Source: Nitrospira sp. (GTDB taxonomy: Bacteria > Nitrospirota > Nitrospiria > Nitrospirales > Nitrospiraceae). From it: DNA of 64,000 nucleotides. Within the stretch, counting starts at the first letter, position 1. Each line of letters begins with the position of its first letter. The notes under the pieces are model-generated. The model was not told where the DNA came from, made no database searches, and saw only the letters and a program-made list of their open reading frames with translations. Shown piece by piece: positions 31,352 to 41,579 of this stretch. The position numbers and the translations under genes were made by a program. The stretch is taken from positions 2,912,001-2,976,000 of the forward strand of contig AP038806.1 of assembly GCA_047150005.1 (NCBI GenBank). The letters run 5' to 3'.

Positions 31352-31681
31352 TCAAATCCTCAGAACTGTGGTTGGGATCGAGAGATGAATTGGTGCGTCC
31401 GCACCGCGCGGAGGATGTTCTGGTCGGAAAGTAACGAATGCCGAACTAGGCAGTTGAGGAGCGGCTGTAAATTCCGCGTTGAGAGTAGGCAGTTCCTGGG
31501 TAAACGAAACGAGGGATTGTGGTCCCAACTGGAGGAAGGCATCACACGGCTGCCGCACCGGCTGCTCAGTGGCAGAGGAGCAGTCCATTGCAGACTGTGA
31601 CTGGATGGGGAGCACACAAGCGTAAGCATTAAAGGTGAGAACCAATAGCAAAAGTACCAGAGAGGAAGCCATCCGACTCAT
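31352..31681 (-). CDS. Small secreted hypothetical protein
   Basis: Signal peptide AYA-C; C-terminal HPPR...VLRI; TTGACT-18-TAGCAT promoter 5 nt before the ATG. Confidence 0.55.
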   Translation of the reverse strand: MSRMASSLVLLLLVLTFNAYACVLPIQSQSAMDCSSATEQPVRQPCDAFLQLGPQSLVSFTQELPTLNAEFTAAPQLPSSAFVTFRPEHPPRGADAPIHLSIPTTVLRI

Positions 31682-31759
31682 AGCAAATGCTAACCAAGGT
31701 GTGTCGATCGAGTCAAGATAGGGATCTAATAGTGGCTAACCCGCTGATGAGGAGTCCAG

Positions 31760-31881
31760 TCGAAACCCTTCCTCAGGAGACCCAACAAGAGCAATCACCA
31801 GCCAAATGGGAGATTTCGGAATGACTCAGGTCATCCTCGATCATGGTGTGTCAGGGTGTCTTGGCACCAGCGTGGCACCAA
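31760..31881 (+). repeat. 122-bp direct repeat, copy A (left boundary of hopanoid/sulfation cassette)
   Basis: Five mismatches to 41580-41701; ends in tandem TGGCACCA with 11-bp period. Confidence 0.93.
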
Positions 31882-32129
31882 AAGATCGACTTGACATCTG
31901 TAAGGCGTAGTCCTAGTTTTCCGCACCATTCTCTAAGGATACTTTTGGCTTTTCGTTCAAATGTACGTGTTGCGTGCTCCCTGCCTTTGCTGTAGACAAG
32001 GTGAGTAAGCCACGCTCCAGATATCGAGGCTTGTTTGGATTATACGACGCTGCATCTATGTCAGCGCAAAGGGAGCAGATGAACTAGATATGCGGTCATG
32101 GTTGTACCGCCTGGCAAGGAGGACTGTCT

Positions 32130-32756
32130 ATGTGTCTCAAGAAGCCTGCCTTCGCCGGCTTCTCTCTTCTGGTGCTCTGCACTGTCATGGTTCTGCCTAT
32201 GCACATCAGAGGTGAGACGCCAGGGCCCGACCAAGTCATATCACGCCTCAACGTGGCACTGATCGAAACAATGAGAGGTGGCAAGGAATTGGGGTTCAGC
32301 GGCCGTTACCGACTGCTTGAGCCAGTCGTGACAGAGACCTTCTTGCTCCCTTACATGGCGAGTGTCTCTGTAGGCAGACACTGGAAGACTCTCACAGAGG
32401 AGCAGCAGGGGCAGTTTGAAGAAATCTATGCCGCATGGTCGATTGCGAGCTATGCGAAGCATTTTGACGAATATGCAGGAGAGCGATTCGAGATAACGAA
32501 ACAGGCCCAGACGGCAGGCGGCGCTGCAGTCCTGAGCAAACTTCTGAGCTCCAAAGACAATGAAACGGAGTTCGAGTACCGTCTGCGACTGACGGAGGGC
32601 GCCTGGCGCATTGTGGACGTGCGCATTTCGGGCGTGAGTCAGCTTGCCAATACGCGGGCTCAATTTGTGAGCATTCTTGACAAGAAGGGTTTTGACGAAC
32701 TCCTTGCATCGATCAAGCGAAAGATTCGGGAATTCTCCCAAAGCGATGGCCAATGA
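32130..32756 (+). CDS. hpnM: Hopanoid-associated MlaC/Ttg2D-family protein
   Basis: LIETMRGGKELGFSGRYRLLEPVV, WRIVDV..GVSQLANTRAQF; next to hpnN. Confidence 0.8.
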   Translation: MCLKKPAFAGFSLLVLCTVMVLPMHIRGETPGPDQVISRLNVALIETMRGGKELGFSGRYRLLEPVVTETFLLPYMASVSVGRHWKTLTEEQQGQFEEIYAAWSIASYAKHFDEYAGERFEITKQAQTAGGAAVLSKLLSSKDNETEFEYRLRLTEGAWRIVDVRISGVSQLANTRAQFVSILDKKGFDELLASIKRKIREFSQSDGQ

Positions 32757-32887
32757 GCCAAGGCCCACGTCACGATTGAAATATGTGCTCCCCAGCTCTT
32801 CGCGAAGCGGTCACGTTATGCGAGATTGAAGGGATCGAGTGATACGGTCTGCAACACGAACCGTCCGTCCGATGGGGACAGAGTCTA

Positions 32888-33337
32888 ATGGACCCTAAAG
32901 AGACCGACATGTCAGAGACGCCGGCGCGCGGGGTTCACCCACAAGGCTTGCTGAATCCATATCTCCAGCTTGCCGTGAACGGCCTGTTGGTCTCCGCGAG
33001 CGAGTTGCTGCTGAAGCGCGGGGCGATAGCGACCACGGAGGTTTCAGGATCGCCTTGGCTTGACAGCCTTGGTTTTACAACGCTGGGGTCTGGGTGGGTA
33101 TGGGCCGGCATTGCCAGCGGAATTGCGGGCTTCGTGAGCTGGCTGTACGTGCTGCGATGGGTTCCTCTCAGCATAGCTTTCCCCCTGGCCAGCGTGGTTC
33201 ACGTGTTGATTCCCTTGGGATCCTGGTTCTTCCTGGGAGAAACAATGAGTCCGCTGAGGTGGTGTGGGATTGCACTAATCGTAATAGGGATTTGGTATCT
33301 TGCCAACCCGCTGATGCGGGCGGAAGAGGTGCTGTGA
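32888..33337 (+). CDS. Small EamA/SMR transporter (ArnE/ArnF-like)
   Basis: Four hydrophobic helices; PLSIAFP; FLGETMS..RWCGIALI. Confidence 0.8.
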   Translation: MDPKETDMSETPARGVHPQGLLNPYLQLAVNGLLVSASELLLKRGAIATTEVSGSPWLDSLGFTTLGSGWVWAGIASGIAGFVSWLYVLRWVPLSIAFPLASVVHVLIPLGSWFFLGETMSPLRWCGIALIVIGIWYLANPLMRAEEVL

Positions 33338-33678
33338 CGATTCATCTCCTTCTGCTCGCTCTGTTATCCCAGATCTTTCTGGTGGCAGGACAGCTTCTGT
33401 TGAAACATGGCATGAGTTACACAAAGGGAGCGACCGTGCTTTTCGGGCGGGTTGTGTGCGGTGTTCTGGCAGGGGTCTCCATGCTCACCTTGTGGTTCTT
33501 CACGTGGATGGGTTTGCTGCAACAGCTCGATCTCAGCCATGTGTACCCCTTTGAGGGAATAAGCCCTGTGTTGCTGGTGGTTGCCGCAACGGTGATTCTG
33601 GGGGAGCGACAAAGTTCGAGATCATGGGTTGGAGTCGGCCTTATTGCGCTCGGCACCGTACTCGTGGGTATCAGTTGA
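33334..33678 (+). CDS. Small EamA/SMR transporter (partner subunit)
   Basis: GTGA overlap; GQLLLKHG, DLSHVYPF, ILGE. Confidence 0.78.
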   Translation: MTIHLLLLALLSQIFLVAGQLLLKHGMSYTKGATVLFGRVVCGVLAGVSMLTLWFFTWMGLLQQLDLSHVYPFEGISPVLLVVAATVILGERQSSRSWVGVGLIALGTVLVGIS

Positions 33679-33979
33679 GAAGCGGGGCGAACTATCTTTA
33701 ACCACAGATCAGATTATCGGTCGTGGTAGATTTTGATTTCCAAGTACAAGCGAGCATTGGCCGGTGCAGGCTGGCTGTACGCTCAGGAGAGAGCACAGAG
33801 GACAGCGACTCGGCGCGCCCATTGTTAGAAAGATTCTTGCCCTTACCTCCATCGGATGCCGATGTGCGGAACGTCGATCAGATCTGGTTCTCTAGCCTGA
33901 AATGAAATAGGGGAGAGAAACCCGGCTGAACGACTGAGATAGTCTCAAGGGCCAAAACTCACACCGATCTGAACCAACC

Positions 33980-36619
33980 ATGTTCACCGAGGCTACCCTT
34001 AGCCGCACACAGCGCCTGCTGAGTGGATGGGTTCTCCTCATTCAGCATAATGCAGTTGCCGTCCTCGTGGTCGGTGTCCTGCTGACGCTTGGGGCCCTCT
34101 ACTACTCCGCCGCCAATTTCAAGATCAACACCGACATCCATGGCATGATGTCTGACAAGCTGCGCTTCCGGGAATTGTACAAGGAGTTCTCCAGGGCCTT
34201 TCCACAACAGGGCGACACCGTCGTCGTTGTCATCGATGGCATCACCGCGGAACAGGCAGGGGCCGCACGCAAAGCCATAGCCGAGCAACTGAGGAAAGAA
34301 AAGGCGATCTTTGCAGACGTGTATGAACCAGGGGCCGGAGCGTTCTTTCAACAGAACGGCCTCCTGTACCTGAACACCGAAGAACTGGAGAGACTCGGAG
34401 ACCGACTCTCGGCAGCCCAACCCTTTCTGGCGCTTCTCTCCCACGACCTCAGCATCCGCGGGCTTTTCAGAGTCGTTGAAAAGGCCTTGGAGCAAGAAGA
34501 TCTCAGTGAGGCCCAAGACCGCACTCTTGCCCTCCTGCTCGACGGGATGAGCAACGCCTTCGGTAGCGCGGTTCAGGGAACGGTCTCCCAGATGTCATGG
34601 GAGGCCCTGGCGCTCGGCGCAGTGCAGACAGCGAGGCAATGCCGCCAGTTCATCATACTGGAGCCACGAGTTGCGGATGCATCCCTGTCTGCGGAAAGCG
34701 TCCACCTCGAGACCATTCGTCGGGTTGCCAGGCAGTTCGGCTACAATCAGCTCGGAACCGCTCGAGTGCGGATCACGGGAGAGTTCGCACTTGCTTACGA
34801 GAACCTCGTAGAAGTCCGCAACAGCACAGGAGTTGCGACCGTGGCGTCCCTCCTTTTGGTGGCGCTGGTCCTTTCTGTGGGTCTCTACTTCTCATGGCGC
34901 CTCATCTTTTGCAGCCTTGTCACATTGATCACGGGACTCATCTGGTCCACCGCATTCGCTCTTGCCACCGTGGGCAGTCTCAACATGATCTCCGTCACAT
35001 TCGCCGTACTTTTCATCGGACTGGGCATCGACTACAGCATACAGTTCTGCCTCAGATATCGGGAGCTGCTTATGCAAAGCGGCCATCAGCAGAATAGCAT
35101 CACTTCGACAGCCACCAGTGTCGGCAGAAGTCTCTTCTTCAGCGCTGCAACCACGGCACTCGGCTTCTACTCCTTTGTTCCCACTGCCTATGCAGGAGTG
35201 GCTGAACTGGGCTTCATCTCGGGGTCGAGTATGTTCATCAGCTTTTTCGGAAACATAACCGTTTTGCCCGCTTTGCTGACCATCTTCCCCGTGAAGGAGT
35301 GCCGGCGGTGGAAACCCTCCTGGCCGTGGCTCGTCAACCTGCCTTACAGGTATCCGCGCGGCGTCGTCGCCGTCGGTGCACTATGGGCGTTGGCCTCTCT
35401 CTTGGCCGTTCCACGAGTCCTCTTCGACTACAACACGCTCAACCTCTACGACAAGTCATCAGAGTCTGTGATAACCATGAAGGAACTCTTTAATGACCCT
35501 GAGGGCCAGCCATGGACCGCTTCGGTGCTTGCGGACGGTGAGGACGAAGCCCTTCGTCTCGCCGGGCGGCTGAAAAGCCTTAAAGAAGTCAGAACGGCCG
35601 TAACGATACATGATTTCATCCCGGGCGATCAGCAGGACAAGATCAACCTTATTTCCGACATCGCGCTTTTCATGTCACCCGAGCTCGAGCGGCCTCACGC
35701 CACGCGCCCCACCTATGAGCAGAACACTCAAGCGCTTGCACGCCTTGAGCGGTCTCTCGAGAGCCATCTCAATGGACTTCGGCATTCCACCAGAGAGTCG
35801 GCGCAGAAGCTTTTTGACGGCATCCGAAGATTCAGGCCCCTTCTTGAAGACAGCCAGCGCGGCATGTCCGCCCTTGCCCTGGTCGATGAGAGTTTGACGC
35901 CCGGGCTTCCCATGCTCCTCGAGAGACTTGGGACATTGCTGCAGCCAAGCCCGGTAGAGGAACCATCCTCCCTTCCTCGAGAATTGCGGAGCCAGTACGT
36001 ATCCGCAGACGGCCACTTCCGTGTTCAGGTGTTCCCGCGGGACGACATCACAAACCTGGCAAGTCTGGAAGGATTTGTCCGTGCGGTCAGGTCAGTGGCG
36101 CCAAACGCTACCGACACACCTGTGATGGTTTACGAATCAGGCAGGGTTATAGCGGCGTCTTTCAGGGAGGCCTCGCTTTACGCGGTGATCATAATCTGCG
36201 CTTTTGTGCTCGCCGGTCTCAGAAGCACGTCCAAGACCCTTCTGATACTCATCCCCATGGCGCTCGCCTTCCTTCTCACGGCCGCCGCATCGGTGTTGCT
36301 CGGCGTCCCTCTCAATTTCGCCAACGTCATCGTTGTGCCTCTGATTCTCGGGATCGGGGTCCACAGCGGCGTCATATTTATTGTCCGCGACTGGAAAGAC
36401 CCGAGACGGGAGGACAACCTTCTGAAATCCAGTATGGCCCGCGCCACGCTGTTCAGCAATCTAGCCACGATGATCAGTACTGCAAGCCTAGCCTTTTCTC
36501 CACACCTGGGGATTGCGAGTATCGGTATACTCCTGAGCATCTGTCTCGCTTTCCTCATTCTTTCGACGCTTCTCTTCCTGCCGTCCTTGATAGTGCTGCT
36601 CAAAGTGCGGCTTGGGTAA
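33980..36619 (+). CDS. hpnN: Hopanoid RND/MMPL transporter
   Basis: FKINTD, FFQQNGLLYL, LNMISVTFAVLFIGLGIDYSIQFCLRYRE, NFANVIVVPLILGIGV. Confidence 0.88.
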   Translation: MFTEATLSRTQRLLSGWVLLIQHNAVAVLVVGVLLTLGALYYSAANFKINTDIHGMMSDKLRFRELYKEFSRAFPQQGDTVVVVIDGITAEQAGAARKAIAEQLRKEKAIFADVYEPGAGAFFQQNGLLYLNTEELERLGDRLSAAQPFLALLSHDLSIRGLFRVVEKALEQEDLSEAQDRTLALLLDGMSNAFGSAVQGTVSQMSWEALALGAVQTARQCRQFIILEPRVADASLSAESVHLETIRRVARQFGYNQLGTARVRITGEFALAYENLVEVRNSTGVATVASLLLVALVLSVGLYFSWRLIFCSLVTLITGLIWSTAFALATVGSLNMISVTFAVLFIGLGIDYSIQFCLRYRELLMQSGHQQNSITSTATSVGRSLFFSAATTALGFYSFVPTAYAGVAELGFISGSSMFISFFGNITVLPALLTIFPVKECRRWKPSWPWLVNLPYRYPRGVVAVGALWALASLLAVPRVLFDYNTLNLYDKSSESVITMKELFNDPEGQPWTASVLADGEDEALRLAGRLKSLKEVRTAVTIHDFIPGDQQDKINLISDIALFMSPELERPHATRPTYEQNTQALARLERSLESHLNGLRHSTRESAQKLFDGIRRFRPLLEDSQRGMSALALVDESLTPGLPMLLERLGTLLQPSPVEEPSSLPRELRSQYVSADGHFRVQVFPRDDITNLASLEGFVRAVRSVAPNATDTPVMVYESGRVIAASFREASLYAVIIICAFVLAGLRSTSKTLLILIPMALAFLLTAAASVLLGVPLNFANVIVVPLILGIGVHSGVIFIVRDWKDPRREDNLLKSSMARATLFSNLATMISTASLAFSPHLGIASIGILLSICLAFLILSTLLFLPSLIVLLKVRLG

Positions 36620-36775
36620 CGGGGGCTCGGAAACCGTCGGAAAGTGTCAGTCGATTTTCTGTCTTTCTTCAATTAGACTAGGCGAGCCTTCGTCTTCACA
36701 TTGAATGCTGTCCGTGTTGGTCAGCTTCATTCCTCTTGTAAGAGGCACCGCACCACCGGTGCGCACGCGTGAGAG
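36533..36775 (+). repeat. hpnN 3' end plus downstream spacer, copy 1
   Basis: First ~100 bp nearly identical to 37649-37750; the remainder is diverged but alignable (CCTCTTGTAA..GCACCGCACCACCGG). Confidence 0.85.
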
Positions 36776-36829
36776 GGCGGTCTCCGGCAGAGTTGTGCTC
36801 TTTTCCCCGACCCTTGTATCCTGGGTCGT

Positions 36830-37600
36830 ATGCCCTTGCTTCCGGCATCAGCGGTGAGAGCGACGAATGGTAGTGTCCGATGGTCATGCCTCGGCATCAT
36901 CCTGCTGACAACCTTGTTCTTCACGTGGTCTTTCTCACGTGCCTCGGATCCCAAGCCAGATGACGTCCTCAGCCAGACTGACCATGACCCGGCAGTCCAT
37001 CGAGACACCTTGGTCGACTCTCAGGCAACAAATCTGGATATTGAGCACTCTCTGTTTATGCATCATAGTTCGGGCCTCGCGCTGTTGACGATAGGGCTGC
37101 TCCTGATCGTAGATCGACTACAGCTCTGCTCCCATGCCGTTACCACCATCCTCATCGGCTGTACCTGGCTGTTGTTCGGCGCCTTTCTCTTGATCAAGAC
37201 AGAACCGGACGAGTGGCCGACCAGCCTCAGCTTTATGGAAAGTTTCAACAAGCCGACCAGAAGTGAATGGATCCAGCATAAGCTCTTGTCGCTCATTCCC
37301 GTGCTCCTTGGCGCGTACACACTGTTGGCCAAGCGCGGTGGCGAGGCGATGACCTGGACATATGTGGCGGCAGGCGCCACATTTCTTGGTGGGATCGGGC
37401 TGCTGATCCACCAGCATTTCGAGCATCCAGACTTCGATATGGTGAACTTCCAACACCGACTCTTTGCGCTCTCCGCCATGTGTGTGGCAGGCGGGTTGTT
37501 CGTGGAACGATCTGGCACCATCACCTGGAAGGCCAAGCGATTTATCGTCCCGCTCGGCATCCTAGTCCTCGGCATCCAATTAGTCCTGTACGTCGAATAG
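36830..37600 (+). CDS. His-rich polytopic membrane protein (possible metal or heme binding)
   Basis: About six TM segments with MHH, QHK, HQH, QHR motifs. Confidence 0.65.
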   Translation: MPLLPASAVRATNGSVRWSCLGIILLTTLFFTWSFSRASDPKPDDVLSQTDHDPAVHRDTLVDSQATNLDIEHSLFMHHSSGLALLTIGLLLIVDRLQLCSHAVTTILIGCTWLLFGAFLLIKTEPDEWPTSLSFMESFNKPTRSEWIQHKLLSLIPVLLGAYTLLAKRGGEAMTWTYVAAGATFLGGIGLLIHQHFEHPDFDMVNFQHRLFALSAMCVAGGLFVERSGTITWKAKRFIVPLGILVLGIQLVLYVE

Positions 37601-37617
37601 CGACGACGCGCAAGACT

Positions 37618-37649
37618 TTGGTGCCAACTTGGTGTCAAGACATCCTGAC
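37618..37649 (-). repeat. Inverted 32-bp partial copy (C) of the repeat end
   Basis: Reverse complement GTCAGGATGTCTTGACACCAAGTTGGCACCAA matches copy B at 28/32 positions. Confidence 0.85.
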
Positions 37650-37886
37650 TGAGCATCTGTCTCGCTTTCCTCATTCTTTCGACACTTCTCTTCCTGCCGT
37701 CCTTGATAGTGCTGCTCACAGTGCGGCTTGGGTAACGGGGTCTCCGAAACCACCGGATATTGTTGGTGAATTGTCTGTCTTGCTTCGCTTATAATGCTTC
37801 GCCTTCATTATTACATCGACTGTCGTCCGGGTTGATGAGCGTCATCCTCTTGTAAAATGCACCGCACCACCGGGGCCGAGACTGTG
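37649..37886 (+). repeat. hpnN 3' end plus downstream spacer, copy 2 (gene remnant)
   Basis: Encodes LSICLAFLILSTLLFLPSLIVLLTVRLG*, a near copy of the HpnN C-terminus. Confidence 0.85.
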
Positions 37887-38513
37887 ATGAAACACGGAGA
37901 AAGAAACCTCTACTGGCATAAGCCATCCGTATTAGCCGAAGACCGGCAGGTTAGGAACGGGTACAAAAGCTGTGTGATCTGGTTCACCGGCCTGTCCGCT
38001 GCGGGGAAATCCACTCTGGCGAACTCCTTAGCGAACGTATTGCACGGGGCTGGGATCATCACTTATGTGCTGGACGGTGACAACATGCGCCACGGTCTGA
38101 ACAAAGATCTTGGCTTCAGCCCGGAAGACCGAACGGAGAACATCCGCCGGATCGGAGAAGTGGCAAAGCTGTTTGTCGACGCGGGCCTGATTGTCATGAC
38201 CGCCGTCATATCACCCTGCAGGGAAGATCGCGAGAACGTCAGGCGGCTTCTCGGAGATGGTGAGTTCATTGAAGTGTATGTCAAATGCTCTCTCACGGAG
38301 TGTGAACGGCGGGATCCGAAGGGAATCTATCGGCTGGCCAGATCCGGCAGGGTCACGAACTTCACCGGCATCTCGGCACCTTACGAAAAACCTTTGACTC
38401 CTGACGTCCTTCTCGAAACAGACGTGAAGACCCCTGATGAATGTCTGTCCATTCTCTTGAACTATCTCACGGAAAAAGGATATATGGAGAACCTCAATCG
38501 CGGGCAGGTATGA
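37887..38513 (+). CDS. cysC: Adenylyl-sulfate (APS) kinase
   Basis: WFTGLSAAGKST, LDGDNMRHGL, ENIRRIGEVAKLF, RDPKGIY, FTGISAPYE. Confidence 0.95.
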   Translation: MKHGERNLYWHKPSVLAEDRQVRNGYKSCVIWFTGLSAAGKSTLANSLANVLHGAGIITYVLDGDNMRHGLNKDLGFSPEDRTENIRRIGEVAKLFVDAGLIVMTAVISPCREDRENVRRLLGDGEFIEVYVKCSLTECERRDPKGIYRLARSGRVTNFTGISAPYEKPLTPDVLLETDVKTPDECLSILLNYLTEKGYMENLNRGQV

Positions 38514-38537
38514 TTCCGTCTCTCATCGAATGGGTAT

Positions 38538-39926
38538 GTGGGCTCATTTGTCCGCCGCGCCTGGAAAAGGAGTCTGCTTGCGTGTCTGGTGGGTCAACGG
38601 GTTTCATTAATGGCTGAAGCGCAGGGAAAAGAACTCGCCGTTCAGCCTGCGGGACCCACCGTCCTCCCTCCTGCAGGCGGCGGTCGGTCAACACCCGCCC
38701 GAGAGCGCTGGATGGTGAGACGCTCCTTCCTCGTCCACACAATCAACGCGCTAGGCGGCATGGTCAGTCAGGCAGCATTGGCAAGCCTCGAGGAAGGCGA
38801 ACTCCTAAAGGCGGCATGCCGCCGGGCCGGCCATGACGACTTTGGTGAGACATCCTTTCGAGAACCCCTCCGCCGCCTCGTTTCGGCTCTTCAGACGGAA
38901 GCCCATCTTCACCCTTTAGGGCGACTCGCCACTCGTCACGACCTGATCAGGCTCCTAATCAACCGCTTGCGGCTGCAGGAAGATCGGAAGCGTCATCCCG
39001 GTATCGTTGAACAGCAAATTCGACAACCGATCATCATAACGGGCCTGCCCCGCACCGGGACGACGCTTCTCCATGCCCTGCTGGGTCTTGACCCAGCCAA
39101 CCGGATTCCACGCACCTGGGAAACCATGTACCCCAGCCCGCCGCCAGCGGCAGAAACGTACCATGTTGACCGGCGCATTGACCTGGTTGATCGTCAGATC
39201 CGCTGGTTCCATCGAATGGTTCAGGACTTCAACCGTATTCACCCCGTCGGTGCAAGGCTTCCCGAGGAATGCCTCGTGATCTTCAGCCATTCTTTCATGA
39301 GCTACCAGTTCGAGACGACCCACCGTCTGCCGTCCTATCTCGACTGGCTTGAATCTCAGAACCTCCGCCTCTCATACGAAATGCACCGCAGGTTCCTGCA
39401 GCACTTGCAGTGGCGGTGTCCGGGGGAGCGTTGGGTCTTGAAGGCGCCGGCTCACATGTTCGATTTCGAGGCGATGTTCGAGGCCTACCCTGACGCCTGT
39501 GTCGTGATGACACACCGCAACCCAATAGAGGTGACCGCCTCCAACGCCAGTCTAACGGCAACCCTCAGAAGTGCCTTCAGCGACGATGTTGATCCTGTTG
39601 AAGTGGGGCGCGAGTGCAGTCGAAGATGGGCCGAAGCGCTCAGCAGGGCTCTGTGTTCGCGCGACCGCGGTTGTGCTCCCTCGGAGCGCTTCCTCGATCT
39701 CTACTACACTGACCTGGTCGCTGACCCGGTGGCAGCTGTGGAAAGAGTCTATAGACATTTTGACCTGCCCTTGCCCGACGGACTTCGGGAAAAGGTTAAG
39801 GAATTCGTCAACAGGAACCCGCAGAACCGTTTTGGGAAACACCGATACAACCTCCATGACTTTGGTTTGGATCTTCAGGAGGAACAGAAGAAGTATGCCG
39901 CCTACCGGGAACGTTTTCGCTTGTGA
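38538..39926 (+). CDS. PAPS-dependent sulfotransferase (Sulfotransfer_3 / mycobacterial Stf-like)
   Basis: IIITGLPRTGTTLLH 5'-PSB motif, WVLKAPAH, THRNP; start uncertain. Confidence 0.9.
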   Translation: MGSFVRRAWKRSLLACLVGQRVSLMAEAQGKELAVQPAGPTVLPPAGGGRSTPARERWMVRRSFLVHTINALGGMVSQAALASLEEGELLKAACRRAGHDDFGETSFREPLRRLVSALQTEAHLHPLGRLATRHDLIRLLINRLRLQEDRKRHPGIVEQQIRQPIIITGLPRTGTTLLHALLGLDPANRIPRTWETMYPSPPPAAETYHVDRRIDLVDRQIRWFHRMVQDFNRIHPVGARLPEECLVIFSHSFMSYQFETTHRLPSYLDWLESQNLRLSYEMHRRFLQHLQWRCPGERWVLKAPAHMFDFEAMFEAYPDACVVMTHRNPIEVTASNASLTATLRSAFSDDVDPVEVGRECSRRWAEALSRALCSRDRGCAPSERFLDLYYTDLVADPVAAVERVYRHFDLPLPDGLREKVKEFVNRNPQNRFGKHRYNLHDFGLDLQEEQKKYAAYRERFRL

Positions 39927-39983
39927 TATCGGCACGCGTGTCTGGGAGGCCCTTCGCTTTTGCTGACCACCTAGGAGATTCTC

Positions 39984-41363
39984 ATGCCCTTTGATCTGCG
40001 AGAATTGATTGAACGAAATCAGGGCCGGCAACATTCCCTGCTTTCGGAGTACATCAATCCCCAGATGGCCAGAGTTCTCAAGACCATTGGGTTTGACCCT
40101 GTGTACGTCCGCGGACAGGGAGCTCACCTCTGGGACGATCGCGGCAACGACTACCTCGACATGCTCGCCGGATTCGGCGTATTTGCCGTCGGTCGGTCCC
40201 ACCCCAAGGTAAAGGAAGCCATCAGACAGTATCTGGATCTGGACAGCCCGAATCTCGTGAAGATGGGAACCCAGCTTTTGGCGGGGCTTCTCGCCGAAAA
40301 ACTGATCAGAGATTTCGCCCCACAAGGTCTCGACACGGTCTTCTTCTGCAACTCGGGCGCCGAGGCGGTGGACGGGGCTCTGAAGTTTGCTCATGTCTTT
40401 ACCCGCAGAAAGAGGTTTCTCTACTGCGACCATGGCTACCACGGTCTAACTCTTGGGACTCTTGCAGTGAACGGGTGCAAAGAATTCCGCTCCGATTACG
40501 AAGCCATCTTGTCCGGCGGGACCGAAATTCCCTTTGGTGACGCGGCGCGCATGGAGGCTGAGATTGCCCGTGGTGATGTCGCTGCGCTTGTGGTTGAACC
40601 GATAATCGGCCACGGCGTCTTCATGCCGCCCGATGATTTTCTGCCCCGGGCACGCGAAGCCTGCACCCGCCATGGCACTCTTCTCATTGCCGATGAGGTT
40701 CAGACAGGCCTGGGCCGCACGGGAAAGCTCTTTGGCTACCAACACTGGGGCATAGTGCCCGACATCATAACCTTGTCAAAGTCTCTCTCGGGAGGATATT
40801 GCCCGGTCGGGGCCATTTTGTACCCCCACAGAGTCTATGACCGGGTCTTCAGTTCAATGGATCGGTGCATGGTCCACTCCACCACCTTTGGACAGAACGA
40901 CCTGGCTGCAGTCTGCGGCTTGGTGACTTTGGAAGTGATCCATGATGAAGATCTCGTTCAGAACAGCGCCCACATGGGGGCCTATCTTCTAAGCCATCTC
41001 AGAGACCTGGCGACGCGGTATGAGCTTATTCGGGAGGTCCGGGGTCAGGGCCTGATGATAGCTATCGAATTTGGGCCTCCGCGTTCGGCAGCATTGAAGA
41101 TGGCCTGGCATATGATTCACAGGATCAACAAGGATCTTTTCTGCCAGTCCATTCTGATGCCTCTGATGATAGATCATCATGTTCTGGCCCAGGTCTGCGG
41201 CCATGGCAAGGACATCATAAAGCTCATCCCACCGCTAGTTTTCAGCAAGGCCGATGCGGACAGGTTCATTTCGGCCTTTGATCAGGTAGTCTCAGCAGCC
41301 CATCGTTTTCCCGGACCGATCTGGGAGGTTGGCTCCCGCATGGCCAAAGCGACCATCCGCTAG
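39984..41363 (+). CDS. hpnO: Class III PLP aminotransferase, HpnO-like (aminobacteriohopanetriol synthase)
   Basis: MARVLKTIGFD, YLDMLAGFGVFAVGR, ADEVQTGLGRTG, SKSLSGG, HSTTFGQN; context with hpnM and hpnN. Confidence 0.78.
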   Translation: MPFDLRELIERNQGRQHSLLSEYINPQMARVLKTIGFDPVYVRGQGAHLWDDRGNDYLDMLAGFGVFAVGRSHPKVKEAIRQYLDLDSPNLVKMGTQLLAGLLAEKLIRDFAPQGLDTVFFCNSGAEAVDGALKFAHVFTRRKRFLYCDHGYHGLTLGTLAVNGCKEFRSDYEAILSGGTEIPFGDAARMEAEIARGDVAALVVEPIIGHGVFMPPDDFLPRAREACTRHGTLLIADEVQTGLGRTGKLFGYQHWGIVPDIITLSKSLSGGYCPVGAILYPHRVYDRVFSSMDRCMVHSTTFGQNDLAAVCGLVTLEVIHDEDLVQNSAHMGAYLLSHLRDLATRYELIREVRGQGLMIAIEFGPPRSAALKMAWHMIHRINKDLFCQSILMPLMIDHHVLAQVCGHGKDIIKLIPPLVFSKADADRFISAFDQVVSAAHRFPGPIWEVGSRMAKATIR

Positions 41364-41579
41364 ATGGCCGGACCAGAGGCTGACGATCCAAGCCGTGCGA
41401 TCTCGCTGAAGAGTTGTCCCGCCACATACACTCCGGCGCCGGGCCGTAAAGGGACAGTCCTTATTTCTGGAAGATAGAGCATGGAACCTCGTTTTGAGTT
41501 GTGATAGGTGTGACCGTGACAAGTCGTATTACCTTCCTCTGGGCGTCCCTTTCTTGACAAACTCGTTCAGCGTAACCAC

